A stretch of DNA of 64,000 nucleotides from an uncultured Acidobacteriota bacterium (GCA_963818645.1 CAWFTF010000018.1:69499-133498); one strand, 5' to 3'. Positions 10,793 to 21,939 are shown, counted from the stretch's first letter. Translations and numbers: made by a program. The notes: generated by a model from the letters alone, not told the origin.

Positions 10793-11673
10793 CCCGCGGT
10801 GTACCCGTCTCGTGCGCGGACTCGCACATCAGACCGCCCTTTGACCGTCACGCGAATCGAGCGCCAATCGTGTGCGCCCGGCTGACTGGGCTTCATCGGC
10901 GCGTAACCCAGCAAATACTGATAGCGCAACTCCTGCGCGATCGACGTGAAGGTCTCGTCGAGTGCGCGAGCATCTTTGATCAGAAACGATCGCCCGCCAC
11001 TGACCACGGCCAACTCCGCGGCAAGTGGTGGCCGATTGCGTCCGATCGTGATCGGGTAGATGAGAGCCTGGCTCTGACGTGCCCGTTCGATCACGCGAGA
11101 GGCTGGCGCATTACTGTACCGATCGATGCCATCCGAAAAGACGATGACGGCGAGACGGCCAGGCTCGTGTTCCAGCCGATCGAGAATCGAAATGATCGCG
11201 TCATGAAGCGACGTGGTGCTCCAGGGGTCGAGTATGTCGATTGCGCGCTGCTGCTGCGGGTGGTCGCTCGACAGCGGTGCGATCACTTCGGCATCGCTGC
11301 CAATGGCAACAGCCATCGAGCGGTCGGTCGGTCTCAGCTGCCGCAGGAAGGCCTGGGATGCGCTCTTCGCCAGACGCAGCGGCTCCCCTGCCATACTCCA
11401 ACTCCGGTCGATTCCGAGCACGACGGTCAGTGGGAACTCGCCAGCGGCAAACGCGGAAATGTCCTGCAGTTCCTGATCCTCTCGGACCTCGAAGTCCTCG
11501 CGTTTCAGGCCGGTGACGAGGCCGCCAGTGGCGTCGGTCACCGTGGCATACACCTCGACCAGCTGCACACCTGTAGAGAACTGCGCAGTCGGCTGCTGAG
11601 AAGCGCGAGCTCTCGAGGCGGTCAATCCTGTCACACAGGCGCCACAGAGAATGGCCACGCCCGCGTGGTACAA
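10789..11673 (-). CDS. VWA domain protein of the 'VWFA-related acidobacterial' type
   Basis: The sequence matches the TIGR03436 family pattern from memory: FSTGVQLVEVYATVTD..G..V.GLKREDFEVRED, then DRSWSM, IVFSDGIDRYS and ELRYQYLLGY. I trimmed the start to TTG 11673 (or GTG 11658), which gives a signal peptide. The longer ORF would overlap tatA on the opposite strand. Confidence 0.75.
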   Translation of the reverse strand: MYHAGVAILCGACVTGLTASRARASQQPTAQFSTGVQLVEVYATVTDATGGLVTGLKREDFEVREDQELQDISAFAAGEFPLTVVLGIDRSWSMAGEPLRLAKSASQAFLRQLRPTDRSMAVAIGSDAEVIAPLSSDHPQQQRAIDILDPWSTTSLHDAIISILDRLEHEPGRLAVIVFSDGIDRYSNAPASRVIERARQSQALIYPITIGRNRPPLAAELAVVSGGRSFLIKDARALDETFTSIAQELRYQYLLGYAPMKPSQPGAHDWRSIRVTVKGRSDVRVRARDGYTAG

Positions 11674-11692
11674 TCTGCGCCGGAAGGAGTCT

Positions 11693-11854
11693 ATGGGCAA
11701 TCTTGGTATCCCGGAGCTTCTCATCATCCTCTGTATCATCATCCTGGTCTTTGGCGCCAATCGGCTGCCTGAGATTGGGCGAGGAATCGGCAGAGGTATC
11801 CGAAACTTCAAGGACGCGACAAAGGAAGGCACCGAAGGCGCCGAGAAGTCCTAG
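11693..11854 (+). CDS. tatA: Twin-arginine translocase subunit TatA/E
   Basis: MGNLGIPELLIILCIIILVFGANRLPEIGRGIGRGIRNFKDA. GGAAGGAG Shine-Dalgarno 4 nt upstream of ATG 11693. Confidence 0.9.
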   Translation: MGNLGIPELLIILCIIILVFGANRLPEIGRGIGRGIRNFKDATKEGTEGAEKS

Positions 11855-14114
11855 CGGCCACGTCGTGACTTCCTGGCCTGGCGCTCGCGCCTGCCGGGTC
11901 GTTGTTGCGATCGTTGGTGCTCCTTCTTCGGCTTGAGGCGACTTCGGACCTGGCGCGTTCCACGTTCATCGCGCCGGACGTGTTCGAGGATCTCGACGAT
12001 CCCCAAGTCCACCTGGCGTCGTTCCATATCGACGCGGACCACCTGCACGTCCACGCGATCCCCTAACCGGTACATCTTCTTTGTGTGCTCGCCCCGGAGC
12101 ACGTGTTCCTGCTCGACGAACCGGTAGTAGTCGTCGGCCATGCTCGACACGTGGACGAGCCCTTCGACGTAGTGCTCGATCAGCTCCACGAACAACCCGA
12201 ACGGCGCGACGCCCGTGATGTAGCCGCCGTATTCATCGCCAACCTTGTTGGCCATGAAGCGAACCTTCTTCCACTGCAGCAGCTCGCGTTCGGCTTCGGC
12301 GGCACGCCGTTCCATGTCCGACGCGTGACGCGCGGTCTCAGGTAACTCCTCCTCGAGTTCCTCGCGTCGCGCGTCTGCGATCGGTCCCTGTCGAGACTCG
12401 CGGAGCATGCGATGCACGACGAGATCCGGATACCGCCGAATCGGCGACGTGAAGTGCGTGTAGTGCTCCACCGCCAACCCGAAGTGTCCAAGGCTGGCTG
12501 CCTCGTATCGCGCCTTCTGCATCGTCCTCAGCATGAGCGCGGCGATCGGACGCTCTTCGGGAGTGCCCTTCATGCGGTCGACCAGCTTCTGGAAATGCTT
12601 GGGCGTGAGCGCGCGGCCGCGGGCGGCAAGGCTGTAGCCAAGCGTGGTGATGAACGCCTCGAACTCCTCGACCTTCTTCGCATCAGGCGCCTCGTGCACG
12701 CGGTGAAGGGCCGGGACCGCGTGATTCTCGAGATGCGCTGCCACTGTTTCGTTGGCGAGCAGCATGAACTCCTCGATGATGCGATGTGCGATGTTGCGTT
12801 CGCTCGCGACGATCGCCTCGATTTCACCAATCTCGGACAGGATAACCTCGGCCTCCGGCAGGTCGAAGTCGATCGAGCCGCGCCGCCGTCGCCGCCGATT
12901 GAGGATGTCGAACAGCTCTCGCATCATCTCGAACATCGGGACGAGCGGCTGATACTCGAACATCGTCTCGGGATCGCGATCGGTCAGGATGGCATTGACG
13001 GCCGTGTACGTCATCCGGGCATCGCTGTTGATGACGCCGTCGTGCATCTCGTAGCGCACGACCGCGCCCTGCCGATCCACTTCCATCAGGCACGATTGCA
13101 CGAGCCGGTCGACGTTCGGATTCAGGCTGCACAACCCCGTCGCCAGCTCCGACGGGAACATGTGCACCGCTCGCTCGGTGAAGTACACCGACGTGCCGCG
13201 CTCGTACGCCTCTTCGTCGAGCGCGCTCCCCTCGGTCACGTAGTGCGACACGTCAGCGATGTGCACGCCCAGCCAGAAGTGGCCGTTCGGCAATCGCTCG
13301 ATCGTGATCGCATCGTCGAAATCGCGGGCGTGCTCACCGTCGATCGTGACGGTGGTCACATTACGAAAATCCGTGCGTCCCTTGATGTCGCGTTCCTTGA
13401 CGACCGTGCCAATCCGCGTCGCCTCCGCGATGGATTCTTCGGAGTGCCGAGTCGGGAATACCGAACTTCCGAATGATGATCTGCGTGTCGACGCCTGGTT
13501 CGTCGATACGCCCAAGCACTTCGACAACCTTGCCGACCGGTCCACGCGTGGCACTCGGCCAGCGCGTGATTTCGACCAGCACCATCTCGCCGGCTTCGGC
13601 CGACGAAGACTGCCCCGTCGGCACCTGCACATCGGTCAGCACGCGCTTATCAAAGGGCACGACGTAGCCAAGCCCTGCATCGTCGATTTCATAACGGCCG
13701 ACGATCGACGATTGGCTGCGCTCCAGGATTCGGATGATGCGTCCCTTCGGCGCCCCGCTCCGTGCGGCGTTCGACACGGACGACGACACGATCGCCGTGC
13801 ATCGCTTCGGAGAGATTGGCCGCGGGGATGTAGATATCCGGGCGCTCAGCGTCCGGGTCGGGTTGATCGGGAACGACAAAGCCGAACCCACCCGGGTTCG
13901 TCGTGAGTCGTCCGACCACGAGGTCCATCTTGTCAGGCAATCCGTAGCGATTGCCGCGGACCTGGAGGAGTTCACCGGCAGCGACGAGCGCCTTCAGTTG
14001 TCTCCTGAAAGTGGCGCGTTCGTTGCGCGGTACACGCAGCACCCGCATCAAGTCCCGCACAGTCGCGGGATGATGGGCATGCTGGCGAATCTGGGCCAAT
14101 AGTTCTTCAGCCAC
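11851..14114 (-). pseudogene. rnr: Ribonuclease R, split into three frames
   Basis: The N-terminal HTH/CSD part is in ORF 13689..14114. The middle part (RIIRILERSQSSIVGRYEIDD...IIIRKFGIPD) is in ORF 13361..13975. The RNB and S1 parts (DFRNVTTVTIDGEHARDFDDAI...HFGLAVEHYTHFTSPIRRYPDLVVHR...) are in ORF 11851..13632. The breaks are at ~13735-13750 and ~13445-13452. Confidence 0.85.
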
Positions 14115-14126
14115 CTGTCACCATTA

Positions 14127-15420
14127 CTAACTTCCGATCAGAATGATCTGTAAATCGCCGACGTTGGTGTTCGTCGGTCCGGTGTGAATCAAATCTCCCA
14201 ATCGGTCGAAGAACTCGTAGGCGTTGTTGTTATCGAGAAAGGTCTGCGGCTGCGCGAGGCCCTGTGCTTCGGCCCGCCGCAACGTTGTGGGATCGACGAC
14301 GGCACCTGCCGCGTCGGTGGGACCGTCGATGCCGTCGGTGCCGATGCTCGTCGCGACCACGTTGGATCCGACGGTCTCGAGCAGCGGTGCCATCGCCAGC
14401 GCGAATTCCTGGTTGCGTCCGCCTTTGCCTCGCCCCACCACCGTCACCGTCGTCTCACCAGACGAAATCACGCAGAGCGGTCGAGGCAGCGACGAGAGCG
14501 ATTCCGCAACCATCGCAAGGTGCGACCGTGCCGAGACGCGGGCCTCTCCCGTGACCGGTTCCGGAACCACGTGCACGTGATAGCCGAGCGCATCGGCGGC
14601 TCGTCGCGCGCCGTCGATGGCTCCACGTTGAGGGCCGATCACGTGTGCCGATGCACGGGCGAGCCTCGGGTCGCCCCTCTTGGGCGACTCCGGTGTCTCC
14701 CCTGCGACGCCGCGCTGGATGTAAGACACCACTTCCGGCGGATACAGGCTCACACCTCCGCGCGTCAACAGCACTCGAAGCGCATCAGCAAACGTGCTCT
14801 CGTCGGCGACGGTAGGTCCCGATGCGATCACGGAGAGATCGTCGCCGACGACGTCGGATACAGCGAGCGTCACCACCTGTCCGCGTGAAGCAGCCGCCAG
14901 TCGGCCGCCCTTGATCAAGGAGAGGTGCTTTCGAACCGTGTTCAGCTCGTAGATGTCGGCGCTCTGCGCCATCAGCGTTCGCGCCGTGTGCTGCTTCGCT
15001 TCGAGTGTGATTCCCGGTGCGGGCAACGCCATCAGCGCGGACCCTCCACCGGAGAGCAGCACCACCAGCACATCGTCTTCATCGGCATTCGCGGCGATCT
15101 CGAGCGCACGTCGCGCGCCCTCGAGGCTCCCGGCATCCGGCAGCGGATGGCCAGCGTCACACCACACCGCCCCGCGGCAGTGACGTCTCGATGGCGGTTC
15201 CTCGAGGACCAACTCCAAGCATGGTCCGCACCGTAACGTCGGTCTCTGCGGCGAAGGCGGTGAGCATCGCGGACGCCGCTTTCCCGGCAGCGATCGCGTC
15301 CACTGCCTTCGCGCGTCCGAAGCAGGTCGGCGATCTCGCTGGTCAGCGCGCGGCGCACGAGGCCGCCGGCGTTTACGGCAGATAGAGCTTCGCCGACGAT
15401 GGTGCGGAGATGTTGTCGAA
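14127..15420 (-). pseudogene. Glycerate 2-kinase / hydroxypyruvate reductase family (MOFRL), split into three frames; 5' end unresolved
   Basis: The main frame has AGHPLPD, LLSGGGSAL, VSDVVGDD, GETTV.V.G.GKGGRNQE and TDGIDGPTDAAGA. The upstream segments LRTIVGEALSAVNAGGLVRRAL and KAVDAIAAGKAASAMLTAF are in two other frames. The breaks are at ~15155-15170 and ~15305-15330. No canonical start codon was found. Confidence 0.75.
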
Positions 15421-15435
15421 GTTGGGCGACGGACG

Positions 15436-15747
15436 TCAGTTCACTTGCCGGGGATCGGCCCAGGCAGAATGCCCGGCCACGAGATCGATTTGCTGCAGAA
15501 CGTGGCTCACAACCTGATTGGCCTTGTTCTGTTCACACAACTGGTCCAACTGGGACATGACTTGTGTGAGGGCACGTTCGACGTCACTGATGGTTCGCTC
15601 CGAGTAGTACTCACGCTGCGCGTCGAGACAACGCTGGCAACGTATGAACTCTTCTCGGTAAAAATTTGAAAGGGAATGCAGGACCCGATCGCAGGGCGGA
15701 GGTGAATCTGTTAGGAAGCGGGACAGGCGGTTCCTCAACGCTGGCAT
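15436..15747 (-). CDS. Hypothetical 103-aa protein (predicted helical, CxxC at CQRC) downstream of ftsEX
   Basis: ATG at 15747 preceded by GGGGGAG. I recognise no family. Local GC is lower than in the neighbouring genes. Confidence 0.5.
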   Translation of the reverse strand: MPALRNRLSRFLTDSPPPCDRVLHSLSNFYREEFIRCQRCLDAQREYYSERTISDVERALTQVMSQLDQLCEQNKANQVVSHVLQQIDLVAGHSAWADPRQVN

Positions 15748-15776
15748 CTCCCCCGTTTAGGTAAGTCTAACGAGCT

Positions 15777-16688
15777 TCAAGAGACTCTGTCAACGCGGGT
15801 CGACCCCGCCCGCCAGGCGGCCGCCAGACCGCCGGTGCTCCCAACCACCATCCCGCCGAGGATCAGGAATGCCGAAAGACGAATCGGCAGGAACCGCAAG
15901 GTCTCGCCATCCAGGATCGCGCGCAGCTCGGTCCCCCACCAGGCATTGGTCAGGGCGTGGCTCAACCAGAGGAACAGAATTGCCAGCAGAGCACCGATTC
16001 CGCCCTGGAGCAGCCCCTCGGCAACAAATGGCCCGCGGATGTAGGTCAGCGGTGCGCCAACCAGCTCCATTATTTCAATTTCGTCATGTCGGGCAACCAG
16101 ACCCAGGCGGACCACGGTCGCCACGGTCACTGCCGCTGCCAGTCCCATCAGAAGCGCCAGTCCAAAACCGGCCGCCCTGACAGTATCGAGTGCAGAGCCC
16201 ACGCGCGCCAACCACTCGCGGTCGTAACGCACATCGACGACACCAGGGAGCTGGACGACCTGTTTGACCAGGGCATCCACTCGCCCATCGCGTTCGCCCC
16301 CCTGCGTGACACGCACCTCAATCGAGGCAGGAAACGGATTGTCCTCGAAGCCTTCAGCCAGGCTGGCCAGCTCGCTGAACTCCTCCCGGAATCGCGTCAG
16401 TGCCTGGGCCTTGGACACGTACTCCCGCCCAGCCGAGATCCCGCTCTGGTCGATGGCGGATTCAATCGACCCGCGCTGCTCGGACGTTGCGTTGTCCGCC
16501 AGATACACCGAGAACTCCGACGCCGATGTCCACCTCGACAACTGTTGCTGTGCATTCCACGTGAGCAACAGCAGGACGCCCAGGACGACCAGCGCCAGCG
16601 TGATGGCGACCACCGCGAACGCGCTGGATCCGCGACTGCGCCAGAGACTGGCTGCGCCCTGGCGAAATGCGTACTCGAGCGCTCTCAT
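15777..16688 (-). CDS. ftsX: Cell division permease-like protein FtsX
   Basis: 303 aa with the FtsX topology: an N-terminal TM, a periplasmic loop and three C-terminal TMs. It overlaps the ftsE stop by 4 nt. Confidence 0.85.
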   Translation of the reverse strand: MRALEYAFRQGAASLWRSRGSSAFAVVAITLALVVLGVLLLLTWNAQQQLSRWTSASEFSVYLADNATSEQRGSIESAIDQSGISAGREYVSKAQALTRFREEFSELASLAEGFEDNPFPASIEVRVTQGGERDGRVDALVKQVVQLPGVVDVRYDREWLARVGSALDTVRAAGFGLALLMGLAAAVTVATVVRLGLVARHDEIEIMELVGAPLTYIRGPFVAEGLLQGGIGALLAILFLWLSHALTNAWWGTELRAILDGETLRFLPIRLSAFLILGGMVVGSTGGLAAAWRAGSTRVDRVS

Positions 16689-17344
16689 CCGACCTCGACG
16701 ACGCGTCCCTGATCGAGCGTGATCGAGCGTCGGCCGACCAGGCGAATCAGCTCACGGTCGTGGGTGGCGACGAGCACGGTCGTACCACCCGCGTTGATCT
16801 CTCGCAACAGATTCATGATCTCCAGTGACAGATCCGGATCGAGGTTGCCGGTCGGCTCGTCGGCGATCAGGAGCACTGGATCGTTGACGAGCGCGCGCGC
16901 GATCGCAATTCGTTGCTGCTCGCCACCAGAGAGGTCGTTCGGGTACGAATTCATGCGATGTTGCAGCCCTACCCACTTGAGGACCTGAAACGCGCGCCGC
17001 CGCTGATTCGCGGCCGGAACTCCCAGCACCTCCGGCACGAACGAGACGTTCTCGACCACGGTGCGACTGGGAATGAGCTTGAAGTCCTGAAAGACGAACC
17101 CGATGCCGCGGCGATATTCCTGAATCTCCCGGCGCGACAGCATCGCGAGGTTGTGGCCGTTGACGAAGACCTCGCCCTCGGTCGGGCGCTCCTGCATGAG
17201 CAGGAGACGGAGGAAGGTAGACTTGCCCGCGCCGCTTGGTCCGGTCAGGAAAACGAACTCGGCTTTCTCGACGTTCAACGTCAGGTCGCGTAGTGCGTAG
17301 AGCCCTCGACTGTAGACCTTCGAAAGCCGCCGCGTTTCGATCAC
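16685..17344 (-). CDS. ftsE: Cell division ATP-binding protein FtsE
   Basis: Walker A GPSGAGKST, signature LSGGEQQR, Walker B LLIADEPT. 219 aa, directly upstream of ftsX. Confidence 0.9.
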   Translation of the reverse strand: MIETRRLSKVYSRGLYALRDLTLNVEKAEFVFLTGPSGAGKSTFLRLLLMQERPTEGEVFVNGHNLAMLSRREIQEYRRGIGFVFQDFKLIPSRTVVENVSFVPEVLGVPAANQRRRAFQVLKWVGLQHRMNSYPNDLSGGEQQRIAIARALVNDPVLLIADEPTGNLDPDLSLEIMNLLREINAGGTTVLVATHDRELIRLVGRRSITLDQGRVVEVG

Positions 17345-17377
17345 ATCAATACACTACCAGAACAGTTGGCGTGTCCT

Positions 17378-18820
17378 TTAGGATTCAAGCGCGCGCTTGA
17401 CCAGATCGGACGCGAGTTTGGGATTGGCCTTGCCACCGCTCGCCTTCATCACCTGGCCGACGAGGAAGCCGAATGTCTGTTTCTTACCCGCACGGTACTG
17501 CCTGGCGGTCTCGTCATTGAGCTTGATGACTTCCGCGACGATCGCGGAGAGCGCACCCTCATCAGAATTCTGTGCAAGCCCTTCCTCGCGGACGATGTCG
17601 TCCGCCGATCGCCCCGAGTCGCACATCTTCGCGAACACGCCCTTGGCGATTGAACTGCTGATCGTTCCCTTGTCGATGAGCGCGATCAGGCCGGCAAGCG
17701 CAGCGGGCTGGATCGGCACATCGGAGATCTCCTGGCCGCGCTCGTTGAGCGTCCGCAGCAGTTCTCCCATGATCCAGTTGCTCGCGGCTTTCGCGTTCGT
17801 CGCCGCCGTGGCGGTGGCCTCGAAGTAGTCGGCCAGCGCCGCTGACTGCGTCAGCACGCCCGCGTCATAGGCCGGGATCCCGTACTCCACAACAAAGCGA
17901 CGACCACGCGCCTCTGGCAACTCCGGCATCGTCGAGCGCACGCGTTCGATACGCGCCTCTTCGACGAGCAGCGGTGGCAGGTCAGGTTCGGGAAAGTACC
18001 GATAGTCGTGGGCTTCTTCCTTGCTACGCATCGAGTGCGTGCGACCGGTGCTCGTGTCCCAGAGCCGCGTCTCCTGCACCACCTTCCCGCCACCTTCGAT
18101 CAGATCGATCTGCCGCGTGATCTCGTACTCGAGGGCCTTCTCGAGATAGCGGAACGAGTTGACGTTCTTGACTTCCGCCTTCGTTCCGAGCTTCGTCTGC
18201 CCGCGAGGGCGAATCGAGACGTTCGCGTCGCAGCGAAGGCTGCCCTCCTCCATGTTCCCGTCGCTGACGCCCAGCCACACGAGGATGCTTCGGAGTCGAG
18301 CGAAGAACTCGGCAGCTTCCGCTGCCGATCGCATGTCGGGCTCACTGACGATCTCGATGAGCGGAACGCCACTGCGGTTGTAGTCGACGTACGTGCGGCG
18401 ATCGGAATCGGGAAAGCCTTCGTGCAGCGACTTCCCCGCGTCCTCTTCCATGTGAATGCGCGTCAGCCCCACGTGCTTCGCCTCGCCGTCGACGGTGATG
18501 TCCAATCCACCACCGAGTGCCAGCGGCAACTCGTACTGCGAGATCTGATAGCCCTTCGGCAGGTCTGGGTAGAAGTAGTTCTTGCGCGCGAAGACGGAGC
18601 GCGGCTGGACATCGCAGCCGCACGCCAGGGCGGCCTTGATCGCGAAGTCGACGGCCTGACGATTGAGAACGGGAAGCGCCCCCGGCAATCCCAGACATAC
18701 AGGACAGACCTGGGAATTTGGAGGCGCGCCAAACTGGGTGCTGCATCCGCAAAAGATCTTCGTACGCGTCTGCAGCTGTGCGTGGACTTCGAGGCCGATT
18801 ACGGCTTCCCAGTCGCTCAC
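17378..18820 (-). CDS. gatB: Asp-tRNA(Asn)/Glu-tRNA(Gln) amidotransferase subunit B
   Basis: The N-terminus WEAVIGLEVHAQL.T.TKIFC.C and the overall 480-aa sequence are typical of GatB. Confidence 0.93.
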   Translation of the reverse strand: MSDWEAVIGLEVHAQLQTRTKIFCGCSTQFGAPPNSQVCPVCLGLPGALPVLNRQAVDFAIKAALACGCDVQPRSVFARKNYFYPDLPKGYQISQYELPLALGGGLDITVDGEAKHVGLTRIHMEEDAGKSLHEGFPDSDRRTYVDYNRSGVPLIEIVSEPDMRSAAEAAEFFARLRSILVWLGVSDGNMEEGSLRCDANVSIRPRGQTKLGTKAEVKNVNSFRYLEKALEYEITRQIDLIEGGGKVVQETRLWDTSTGRTHSMRSKEEAHDYRYFPEPDLPPLLVEEARIERVRSTMPELPEARGRRFVVEYGIPAYDAGVLTQSAALADYFEATATAATNAKAASNWIMGELLRTLNERGQEISDVPIQPAALAGLIALIDKGTISSSIAKGVFAKMCDSGRSADDIVREEGLAQNSDEGALSAIVAEVIKLNDETARQYRAGKKQTFGFLVGQVMKASGGKANPKLASDLVKRALES

Positions 18821-18832
18821 GAACGAACTCTT

Positions 18833-20431
18833 CTAGAGGGTCGGGCCCGCGCTCTTCACCGAGGTCGCCACATCGTTCTCGAAGGTGACGAAGTTGTCGA
18901 TGAACATCTTCGCAAGCTTCTTCGCTTGCTCGTCGTACTGCGCCGGATCAGGCCACGTGCTTCTCGGATCGAGCACCGAGTCGGGCACACCGGGGCATGA
19001 CGTGGGCATGTCGAGATTGAAAACTGGATGCTTGCGGTACTGCACGTTGTCGAGCTGTCCGGTCAACGCTGCCGTGATCATCGCGCGGGTGTAGGCGATC
19101 TTCATGCGCGCGCCCACGCCGTACGGACCACCAGTCCAGCCCGTGTTCACCAGCCACACGCGTGCACCATGCTTGGCGATCTTCTCGCCGAGCATGCGGG
19201 CATAGACATTGGGATTGAGCGGAAGGAACGGCGCACCGAAACAGGTGCTGAATGTCGCCTTCGGCTCGGTCACGCCCTTCTCGGTGCCGGCAACGCGCGC
19301 CGTGTATCCCGAGAGGAAGTGATACATCGCCGCGTCCGATGAGAGCCGCGCGATTGGAGGCAGCACACCGTACGCATCGGCGGTGAGCATGACCACGTTC
19401 TTCGGGTGACCACCGCGTCCCGACATCTCGGCGTTGTCGATGAAGTCGATTGGATACGACCCGCGCGTGTTCTCCGTCATCGACGCGTCGTCGAGATTCA
19501 GCGCGCGCGTGTCCGGATCGATCGCGACGTTCTCGAGAATCGTCCCGAAGCGGCGCGTCGTCCCGTAGATCTGCGGCTCGGCCTCCTGCGACAGCTTGAT
19601 GACCTTCGCGTAGCAGCCGCCTTCGAAGTTGAAGACGCCCGTGTCGCTCCAGCCATGCTCGTCGTCACCGATCAAGCGCCGCTCCGGATCGCTCGACAGC
19701 GTCGTCTTGCCAGTGCCTGAGAGTCCGAAGAAGAGCGCCGTGTCACCGGCCGCGCCGATGTTGGCCGAGCAGTGCATCGAGAGCACACCCTGCAGCGGCA
19801 GCGTGTAGTTCAGAATCGTGAAAATCGACTTCTTGATCTCACCGGCGTAGTGCGTGCCGCCGATCAGCACCAGCTTCCTGCCGAAGTGCACGAAGATGAA
19901 GACGTCGGAGCGCGTGCCGTGTCGTGCGGGATCGGATTTGAAGTGCGGTGCGTCGATGACCGTGAACTCCGGCCGATGCGACGTACGCTTCTGCGCATCG
20001 TTCTCCGGCAGAAACATGTTGCGCGCGAACAGATTGTGCCAGGCGAACTCGTTGACGACGCGAATCGGCAGGCGGAAGGCAGGATCGGTGCCGGCCCATG
20101 CGTCCAGGACATACAACTCCTTGTCCTGGAGGTGCGCCATCATGTCCTTGTGGAGCTGATCGAACTTGGCTTCGTCGATCGGACGATTGACCGCGCCCCA
20201 GTGCACGTGCTTCTCACTGGCCGGTTCCTTCACGACAAACTTGTCGTTCGGTGAGCGCCCGGTGTGCTGGCCGGTCTTGCAGACCAGGGGCCCGTCGGCG
20301 GCGAGATGGCCCTCTGACCGGCGGAGGGCTTCTTCGTAGAGTGCCGCCGTGCCCAGGTTCCAGTGGACGCGACCCGACCTGACAATCCCCAATGCCTCGA
20401 GTCCGTGCGCCCTCTCAACCTGAATCGTCAT
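18833..20431 (-). CDS. pckA: Phosphoenolpyruvate carboxykinase (ATP)
   Basis: Contains [21 protein letters not shown] and IGDDEHGW. Start set to ATG 20431 (MTIQVE...), which is preceded by GAGAGGCGGA. Confidence 0.92.
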   Translation of the reverse strand: MTIQVERAHGLEALGIVRSGRVHWNLGTAALYEEALRRSEGHLAADGPLVCKTGQHTGRSPNDKFVVKEPASEKHVHWGAVNRPIDEAKFDQLHKDMMAHLQDKELYVLDAWAGTDPAFRLPIRVVNEFAWHNLFARNMFLPENDAQKRTSHRPEFTVIDAPHFKSDPARHGTRSDVFIFVHFGRKLVLIGGTHYAGEIKKSIFTILNYTLPLQGVLSMHCSANIGAAGDTALFFGLSGTGKTTLSSDPERRLIGDDEHGWSDTGVFNFEGGCYAKVIKLSQEAEPQIYGTTRRFGTILENVAIDPDTRALNLDDASMTENTRGSYPIDFIDNAEMSGRGGHPKNVVMLTADAYGVLPPIARLSSDAAMYHFLSGYTARVAGTEKGVTEPKATFSTCFGAPFLPLNPNVYARMLGEKIAKHGARVWLVNTGWTGGPYGVGARMKIAYTRAMITAALTGQLDNVQYRKHPVFNLDMPTSCPGVPDSVLDPRSTWPDPAQYDEQAKKLAKMFIDNFVTFENDVATSVKSAGPTL

Positions 20432-20716
20432 TCCGCCTCTCTCTAAATAGCAGGAAAAGACGCATCGTACCGGTCCAGTCAGAGGCAAGTCAACTGAACG
20501 GCAAAATTGCGCGCGCCGTCTCAACCTGGCGAGGGGTTTGGAGGTATAGTGTTTCTTGAAGAAGACACTACCCTAAACGTGGTAAACACGCGGGCCTGAC
20601 TGCCGTAATCCACATGAGAAGACCTCCTCAGCGCGCGAAGCAGACAAGCGCCACGAGTCAGGACGCCGCGCCGGCTCCCTTCACGGGATTCCGCGCTGGC
20701 GGCACGGCTCAAGGCG

Positions 20717-21337
20717 TTGGTGCTGGCCGGTGAACGCGATCGCGCGAGGGAGCAGTTTGGCGATCTCGTCGCGCACCATCAGCGGCGCGCGGTTCGAATC
20801 GCCTACAGCTACCTTCGCGACGCGCACGATGCCGATGAGGCGGTGCAGGACGCATTCGTCAAAGTGTTCACCCACATCGCGAGCTATCGAGAGGAATACC
20901 CATTCGAGGTGTGGTTTACCCGCATCCTCGTGAACGGGTGTCTCGACCTCCGCAAAGCGCGCGCCCGGCGCATGCGCTGGGCGCTACCCATGTCATCCTC
21001 GGCTGAATCCGCCCCGGCCGATCCACCAGCAGTGCAACCAAGCCCGGAAGATCGCGTGATCTCCACCGAGCGCGCCGGGCACATCGCCCAAGCCATTGAA
21101 AAGCTGCCCGATCGTCAGCGCGTCGTCTTCACGATGTGCCACGTTGCCGACCACAGCACGAGCGAAGTGAGCCAGGCGCTCGGATTGAGCGAGGCCACCG
21201 TCAGGGTTCATCTGTTCCGCGCCGTGCGAAAACTTCGCAAGCTGCTCGCATCCGAGCGAGTCGCGAAGAAGCCGCGGCTCTCGGAGTCGGACACTCAGGT
21301 GCTGGAAGCGCCAGCGGCTACGAGGTCGGCGGGATGA
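20717..21337 (+). CDS. ECF-type RNA polymerase sigma factor (N-terminus uncertain)
   Basis: Region 2 (AEDAVQDAFVKVF-like) and region 4 (LPDRQRVVFTMCHVADHSTSEVSQALGLSEATVRVHLFRAVRKLR). The first usable start is TTG 20717. An ATG at 20614 lies in another frame, so a further frame break is possible. Confidence 0.8.
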   Translation: MVLAGERDRAREQFGDLVAHHQRRAVRIAYSYLRDAHDADEAVQDAFVKVFTHIASYREEYPFEVWFTRILVNGCLDLRKARARRMRWALPMSSSAESAPADPPAVQPSPEDRVISTERAGHIAQAIEKLPDRQRVVFTMCHVADHSTSEVSQALGLSEATVRVHLFRAVRKLRKLLASERVAKKPRLSESDTQVLEAPAATRSAG

Positions 21338-21906
21338 GTCAGCCGCACTTCTCCGATGATCGGCTCATCGAAATCTGCTTCGACCTCGCGGTCACCTCAT
21401 CCGACCGCGCGCATCTGCAGGTCTGTCCGGAATGCGAGGAGCGTCGTTCGAATCTCGCTGGAACGCTCGATGAAATCGACACGGCCGCGACGCAGGAGGC
21501 CGACGAGACGTTCCCGGCGGACCGCCTCGCGCGCCAGCGCGCGCGCATACTGCAGCGTGTCGATCAGGATGGTCGCCCGGCCCGCGTGATCGCGTTCCCC
21601 GCCGGCCACTCACACGATGCAGCGCCGCGCCGGATTCGCCCTGCGCGCTGGGGTACGGTGGCCGCGGCAGTCGCGGCGTCGTTCCTCGTGGGACTTCTGG
21701 CAGAACATCTCGCGCACGATCTTCCTGGCAGTCGTCGGTCGATACCGGTTCAGCGGACGCAGACAGCCGTCATGACGACCACCCAGGCACGAGCCTCATC
21801 GGATGATGAGTTCCTCGGTCAGGTGGAGATTGCCGCGGTTGGCGTCGGCCCGGCCGCGCTGAGACCACTCGACGCTCTGACGCCTCGTGCCTGGGACGCT
21901 CGGTAA
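21334..21906 (+). CDS. Putative anti-sigma factor (single TM, N-terminal Cys/His motif)
   Basis: ATG 21334 overlaps the sigma factor stop (ATGA). Contains HLQVCPECEERR followed by a TM segment (WGTVAAAVAASFLVGLL). Confidence 0.6.
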   Translation: MSQPHFSDDRLIEICFDLAVTSSDRAHLQVCPECEERRSNLAGTLDEIDTAATQEADETFPADRLARQRARILQRVDQDGRPARVIAFPAGHSHDAAPRRIRPARWGTVAAAVAASFLVGLLAEHLAHDLPGSRRSIPVQRTQTAVMTTTQARASSDDEFLGQVEIAAVGVGPAALRPLDALTPRAWDAR

Positions 21907-21939
21907 TCGTCTGAGCGACGCCCGCGTCGCAACCTGGCG

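Noticed and set aside
20547-20570. Imperfect palindrome TAGTGT-N12-ACACTA upstream of the ECF sigma gene as an operator
   Set aside because: It has only 6-bp arms with a non-pairing centre, and there is no known regulator to link it to. It is too weak to report as a feature.
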